In this document: positions 25,986 to 29,984 of the stretch, piece by piece
How positions within the stretch are numbered: the first letter of the stretch is position 1
Layout of the letters: every line of letters starts with the position of its first letter
Origin: a virus
Taxonomy: Duplodnaviria > Caudoviricetes
Direction: 5' to 3' (one strand)
Length of the DNA stretch: 29,984 nt
IMG/VR virus record: IMGVR_UViG_3300032320_000591
Location: 1-29,984 of that record
Notes under the pieces: model-generated
What the model was told of the DNA's origin: nothing
The model's database searches: none
Seen by the model: only the letters and a program-made list of their open reading frames with translations
Program-made: the position numbers and the translations under genes

Positions 25986-26039
25986 AAAAGAAAAGAAAGA
26001 AAAAGAAAAAAGGTAAAAAGAAAAAGAAAGAAAAGAAAA
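25986..26039 (+). repeat. Perfect homopurine mirror repeat (25-bp arms, 4-nt centre)
   Basis: A4 G A4 G A3 G A5 G A5 - AGGT - A5 G A5 G A3 G A4 G A4. Confidence 0.92.
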
Positions 26040-26171
26040 AGCTCCCCCAAGAAAAACAAACTGCCTCACTCTTAAAAGAGTAGTTGCTCGTTCCAAGCAT
26101 TGATATGATGCAAGTGTAGTCATTGGTTACTGAGCTTTGACTTACTCAGGTAGTGAGTGCTATTCATGTCT

Positions 26172-26216
26172 TAAAACAATAAAACCCCAAAGAACGTATG
26201 CGCCCGTTCAGAGGGG
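26172..26216 (-). terminator. Terminator-like hairpin of a structured leader
   Basis: Minus strand CCCC-tct-GAACG-ggcgcata-CGTTC-ttt-GGGG followed by TTTTATTGTTTT. Confidence 0.6.
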
Positions 26217-26266
26217 AATTATTAAACCTTAAATCGAATATCTTAACAGTAATCTTGCGCATGAGA

Positions 26267-26274
26267 CAAATATA
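26267..26274 (-). promoter_or_regulatory. Bacteroidota -7 promoter element
   Basis: TATATTTG on the minus strand in an intergenic region. Confidence 0.6.
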
Positions 26275-26310
26275 GAAATGTAAATTAATTACACTCACTA
26301 TTGTTGAAAA

Positions 26311-26502
26311 CTATTTTGGCTGTTTAAAACGTAGCGCTGTTATGTATATCCAAAAAGGCAGCCATACAAGGCCTGTAAAAGCTATGCCCACATAAGCGTA
26401 CCAATGGTAGTTAGATAGGTGTCTCTGATGTCTGTAAACGTTCACAGATAAGATTGCAAAGTGAAGTAGGAAACCTACTAAATAGATTGTTAATAGTGTC
26501 AT
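26311..26502 (-). CDS. Small membrane protein
   Basis: 63 aa with two hydrophobic helices; ATGA-coupled. Confidence 0.7.
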   Translation of the reverse strand: MTLLTIYLVGFLLHFAILSVNVYRHQRHLSNYHWYAYVGIAFTGLVWLPFWIYITALRFKQPK

Positions 26503-27050
26503 AGTTTTTTTCTTTTAGCTCTACGTTTTTTTTGTGGTGTATTAGTTACTTCTGTTATTGCTTCGGGAGTAAGCTCTACTTGCGTTAATTCTATCAAAGC
26601 TTGAGCTTGTTCAGCTTTAGCTATATCCTCCATTAAGCTCTTCTCTAATGAATCTAAAAGCTTATTCATACATGGAGTGCAAGTAGTAAAGCTCTTGTTA
26701 TCTTTAATGCCTAAGTATTCTTTGCGTAGCTTGAATAAATGTTTCATTTCGCCTGGCTCTAATCTACCTCTCTTTCTAATAGCTCTAATCTGTTCAAGTG
26801 TTGGTAGTTGCCAATCTTGTTTAGTTATTGCAGGCCATCTTTGAGCTGGGCAAGTTGTAAGTGCATAGCTTGCTAAGTGATCTACCGGACAGCCACAAGG
26901 TTTAAAGGTTATGCCATCTAATGTATGAGGCTTCTTAAATGGGTTAATCGCATTGGTTGGAGGCCCACATGTTTTATACCTCTCGTTAAATACAGGGCAT
27001 GCTTTGCAGATTTCTAAACGCTGTTCAAAATCACTGTTGTTAATCATCAT
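26499..27050 (-). CDS. Cys-rich putative metal-binding protein
   Basis: RLEICKACP, CGP, CGCP, CPAQRW and CTPC motifs. Confidence 0.7.
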   Translation of the reverse strand: MMINNSDFEQRLEICKACPVFNERYKTCGPPTNAINPFKKPHTLDGITFKPCGCPVDHLASYALTTCPAQRWPAITKQDWQLPTLEQIRAIRKRGRLEPGEMKHLFKLRKEYLGIKDNKSFTTCTPCMNKLLDSLEKSLMEDIAKAEQAQALIELTQVELTPEAITEVTNTPQKKRRAKRKKL

Positions 27051-27547
27051 ATCTGTAACGAATTTCTAAGTGTTACTTTAGCTTTCTTAATTGTACGGTA
27101 AAGATAGTTCAAAGGTATGCCTGTTTCTTTAGCTAATTCTTGGTAGCTAAAATCATCTAAGGCATAAAGAAAGAATAGCTCACGCTCAAAGTAGGGAAGT
27201 CTGCTAATAAAGATATCTAACTGCTCATTCTCTAAGCGCATCCCTACGCTCTTATTCACATCATCTATAATATCATCTTTCAGATCGTTGCGTATCTTTT
27301 CGAATCTTAACCGGGTATAGTTAAATGAGCTATTGCTACAGCGTGCAGATAAGCGGATAGCGTTGCTCACGTAGTTATTAAGCTTACCTCGGTTATGAAT
27401 ATCCTGTAATTTATCTTTGTCGCTTTCTAATATCTTCAAAAGTGTATCGTGTAAAAGTTCGTCAGCTAAATCTAACCTTGTAACAGTTGCTGCTACTCTG
27501 CGCCATTCGGGATAACACTTATCTATTTCTGAGCGCCAGGTATTCAT
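27047..27547 (-). CDS. ECF-type sigma-70-like factor
   Basis: Region 2-like LADELLHDTLLKI and region 4-like LPYFERELFFLY...SYQELAKETGIP...IKKAK. Confidence 0.8.
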   Translation of the reverse strand: MNTWRSEIDKCYPEWRRVAATVTRLDLADELLHDTLLKILESDKDKLQDIHNRGKLNNYVSNAIRLSARCSNSSFNYTRLRFEKIRNDLKDDIIDDVNKSVGMRLENEQLDIFISRLPYFERELFFLYALDDFSYQELAKETGIPLNYLYRTIKKAKVTLRNSLQI

Positions 27548-27872
27548 CTATTACTTGTTTAGCTTCATCGAAGCTTTTGCATGTTACTGCTTGGTAGCCA
27601 TTGTTAATAAGCTTTGCTTGCCAATCCTTTTGGCTTTCGCTCATTACACCTTTAGCTGTTTTCATTTCTATTGCTAATCCAAAGAATGAGCCCTTAGCAT
27701 TATAGATAAAGATATCCGGAAAGCCTTTTACATATCCTGTTTTCTTCATCTTAACAGCTTGTTTCATAGACGTACGAACACCTCCCGCACTTGCACAGTA
27801 AAGTAAACGCGGATACTGAGCGTTAATATAGTTAATAACAGCCTCTTGTATTAGAGCTTCCTCATTCTTCAT
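27519..27872 (-). CDS. VRR-NUC domain nuclease
   Basis: EALIQ...GYVKGFPDI...IEMK...SESQKDW; PD-(D/E)xK fold. Confidence 0.85.
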   Translation of the reverse strand: MKNEEALIQEAVINYINAQYPRLLYCASAGGVRTSMKQAVKMKKTGYVKGFPDIFIYNAKGSFFGLAIEMKTAKGVMSESQKDWQAKLINNGYQAVTCKSFDEAKQVIDEYLALRNR

Positions 27873-27876
27873 TATT

Positions 27877-27884
27877 CAAAATTA
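27877..27884 (-). promoter_or_regulatory. -7 promoter element for the VRR-NUC/sigma operon (probably leaderless)
   Basis: TAATTTTG followed by 4 nt and then the ATG at 27872. Confidence 0.6.
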
Positions 27885-27912
27885 ATCTATTAACTTACTT
27901 CGTTTCAACATC

Positions 27913-27933
27913 TTATTCACATACTTATTCACA
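27913..27933 (+). promoter_or_regulatory. Two tandem DnaA boxes
   Basis: TTATTCACA at 27913-27921 and 27925-27933 (12-bp tandem repeat), matching TTATNCACA. Confidence 0.6.
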
Positions 27934-27948
27934 TAGCATTAAGCGTTA

Positions 27949-27956
27949 TATCTTTG
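27949..27956 (+). promoter_or_regulatory. Plus-strand -7 promoter element
   Basis: TATCTTTG; no clear -33 box. Confidence 0.55.
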
Positions 27957-27960
27957 GCTT

Positions 27961-28033
27961 ATTAATTTGCTTTTGGTTTAGCAAGTGATTATTGATTTCT
28001 GAAGTAGGCTTGCAAACGTGCAGGCCTATTTTA
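27961..28033 (+). ncRNA. Candidate trans-acting small RNA
   Basis: Upstream -7 element, 5' hairpin with a UUUGGUUU loop, and a 13-bp 3' hairpin (28002-28031) whose G-U pairs form only on the plus strand. Confidence 0.55.
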
Positions 28034-28185
28034 GTTTATACCCTTTTGCGTATAATACTGATGAGTATTTTCCACTATAAGCCTGTTTTTGTAGATTATT
28101 TTCTACTTAAAATGCACATTATAGTGTGTAATATCCCTCATAAAGCACATTTTAATATAATAAAGTGTGCTAAATAACACTTTAA

Positions 28186-29505
28186 TCAGATAAATGCGTA
28201 CTTAGTGTAGTTGCGATTCAGCTCAAAATAAGCTCTCATCATTATAGCATCAGCTATATCGGGAGATATCCCACCGGTGCGCTGGCTGATAGTATCTTTT
28301 GACGTTACTCGCAGCTTGCCTTCCTTATCAGGATCTACTCTGCGTATAAGCTCAAGCTCTTTAACTATATCTTCCTGCCATTTGATAGGTAAGGTAATCT
28401 CATTCTTATCTATTAGCTCGCCTAATCTAAAGTAGCAATCTGCTTTTAGATTCATGTACTGAGTACCTCTTACAGCTTTACTGCCGTTCAAAAATTCCCT
28501 GCAGCGTAGGCTATCAACGAGACCTCCCCCCACCCCATCAGCATCTGCGAGCACGTTGCTTAGTCTAATGCTATGCTGATTCATTAAGCGCTGTATCTCT
28601 GCCTTAACTTCATCTTGGCGCTTCTGCCTAAGCACTACTATATCAATGCAGCTTAATCCTTTCCATACACAAAGCACAGTTCTATCCTTTCCTAATCGCG
28701 CTATATCGGCAGTGATGTATCCCTCACCTACATTCATTGGCTCACGAAAGCAGCGCATAAGCTCATCATAAAGATAAAGTCTATCACTGCTGTTATCAAA
28801 TTCCCAATCTCCTTCAAGTAAGCGCTTACGGTCCGCTTCAGGTAATCGGCTAAGGCTTGTTACGTAGGCATCCGGTAAGTGTATATTATCTCCAGGGAGC
28901 GCTTGAATAAAAGCTAAGTGCTGAGGAAGATTCTGATTCTTGTATGGTAAGTAAAATTGATTATAAATCCATCCCTTCGAAGGATTACATGTGAGTAGAA
29001 TCTTAGGCTTAAGATTAAACTCGTTGAGTTTATATCTGATACGTGAGCATACTACGCTATAAGCCTTTTCACTTATCTCTGTAGCTTCATCTAAAAATAC
29101 ATCAGTAAGCTCCAATCCTCCTAAATCTTGAAAGTGAGGATCTGATGGATAGAGAAACAAATCAGCTAAGATTATTTCACTACCATTGCTGAATTTAATA
29201 ATATGTGATTGCTGATTATAGCTGAAATCCTCCCCTGCTCTCAGGCCTATATCATTAGCTACCTGAAAAAATGTATTCATGGTAGTTTTTTTCAGCGTAT
29301 CTAACTTAGCTCTGCCTATTAGTGAACGTGTACCTGGGTATTTTAAACGTCTAAGAATCTGCCACATGCAGCCGAGCATAGTCTTTCCACCACCTGCTGC
29401 TCCTCCATACAGGATAGTTTCTACCTCTGAATCTACCGAAAGAAATTTAAGTGCTTCGCTTTGCCTTGTAAGAGGCTTAAAGTTATAATCTATTTGTCCC
29501 GCCAT
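28186..29505 (-). CDS. terL: Terminase large subunit
   Basis: Walker A YGGAAGGGKT, Walker B FLDEATE, LTCNP, nuclease motifs ADIARLGKD and SPDIADA. Confidence 0.95.
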   Translation of the reverse strand: MAGQIDYNFKPLTRQSEALKFLSVDSEVETILYGGAAGGGKTMLGCMWQILRRLKYPGTRSLIGRAKLDTLKKTTMNTFFQVANDIGLRAGEDFSYNQQSHIIKFSNGSEIILADLFLYPSDPHFQDLGGLELTDVFLDEATEISEKAYSVVCSRIRYKLNEFNLKPKILLTCNPSKGWIYNQFYLPYKNQNLPQHLAFIQALPGDNIHLPDAYVTSLSRLPEADRKRLLEGDWEFDNSSDRLYLYDELMRCFREPMNVGEGYITADIARLGKDRTVLCVWKGLSCIDIVVLRQKRQDEVKAEIQRLMNQHSIRLSNVLADADGVGGGLVDSLRCREFLNGSKAVRGTQYMNLKADCYFRLGELIDKNEITLPIKWQEDIVKELELIRRVDPDKEGKLRVTSKDTISQRTGGISPDIADAIMMRAYFELNRNYTKYAFI

Positions 29506-29984
29506 TGCACAAAAGTAGGCACAATGATGTGAGTATCAATAGGTTTCGTAATTCTTTCTAAATCTAACTGCAGCAAATAAGCGCCCAAAGGTTTAGGAGG
29601 CCTCATGCGCTCTACGTGAAAGCCCATGTAACCTTCATCATATTCTTCTTTATAAGATGCAGTACGAATGTGATGCACATATCTCATGTTAATTCTATAA
29701 CCACCATTAGCAGCATAGCATAACTCTTCGACCATATCGGAGTGATGGTAAAGCTCGTGAACGTGGCCTGCCCAAATGCAATCAGCTCCATCTATCATTA
29801 CACCCATACGGTTGTTTTGAATAACTCCCTTCGTAACTACTCCTCCTCCACCTGATCCATGGTAGTACTTTGTTTTAAACACCATTGCACTCTTTTCGCT
29901 TTTCATTACTCTATGAATCCACCATCCACCATAGCCACCTACTAATACATTACTGCCAGTTTCTCTATTTAATCCACTAACAAA
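29490..29984 (-). CDS. Metallophosphoesterase, C-terminal part (joined to 1..507)
   Basis: YYHGSGGG and WAGHVH motifs; continuous frame across the circular overlap. Confidence 0.9.
   Translation of the reverse strand, partial: FVSGLNRETGSNVLVGGYGGWWIHRVMKSEKSAMVFKTKYYHGSGGGGVVTKGVIQNNRMGVMIDGADCIWAGHVHELYHHSDMVEELCYAANGGYRINMRYVHHIRTASYKEEYDEGYMGFHVERMRPPKPLGAYLLQLDLERITKPIDTHIIVPTFVQWRDK
29862..29984. repeat. Terminal direct repeat, copy 2 (circular overlap)
   Basis: Identical to 1-123. Confidence 0.97.

Noticed and set aside
25982-26059. Phe/Leu-rich N-terminal membrane anchor on the HNH protein
   Set aside because: It is only the translation of the pyrimidine mirror tract from a non-ATG start; ATG 25981 is more plausible.
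27992-28177. Plus-strand 61-aa ORF
   Set aside because: Non-ATG start, runs through a terminator-like hairpin, and shows no protein features; the region is better explained as non-coding.
3828-29488. Other plus-strand ORFs in the track (3828, 4984, 5073, 5522, 13326, 14580, 15633, 20597, 21284, 22119, 29279)
   Set aside because: All are antisense shadows of well-supported minus-strand genes and have no recognisable motifs.
29862-29984. 123-bp repeat as a true physical terminal repeat
   Set aside because: It falls in the middle of an intact gene and has the size of an assembler overlap. It indicates circularity or terminal redundancy, not the real genome ends.
1-29984. Stop-codon reassignment, integrase/att sites, tRNA genes
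   Set aside because: The standard code gives dense, translationally coupled ORFs using all three stop codons. I saw no recombinase motif or cloverleaf by eye; a tRNAscan run would be needed to exclude tRNAs.

Overview
The window looks like a complete, circularly assembled genome (about 29,861 bp; bases 1-123 repeat exactly at 29862-29984) of a small tailed, siphovirus-like phage. TAnnTTTG promoters and A-rich translation starts point to a Bacteroidota host. All credible genes are on the minus strand: early/replication-control genes (HTH proteins, SSB-like, DnaA domain IV-like), a C5 methyltransferase, a metallophosphoesterase, terminase, VRR-NUC, an ECF-like sigma factor, HNH, tail and head genes, and a lysis cassette. 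I saw no integrase, polymerase, primase, helicase, tRNA or CRISPR array. The most interesting signals are: (1) a methyltransferase locus coded in two frames, where a nested +1-frame ORF carries four tandem LLPTPT cassettes and the missing motif IX; (2) a plus-strand ~75 nt sRNA candidate complementary to the start regions of five early genes; (3) a perfect 25-bp homopurine mirror repeat (H-DNA-type) downstream of a structured leader; (4) a 49-aa peptide ending like a ribonucleotide reductase C-terminal tail; (5) slippery runs in the tail chaperone and portal genes. All calls come from reading motifs by eye; no searches were run.
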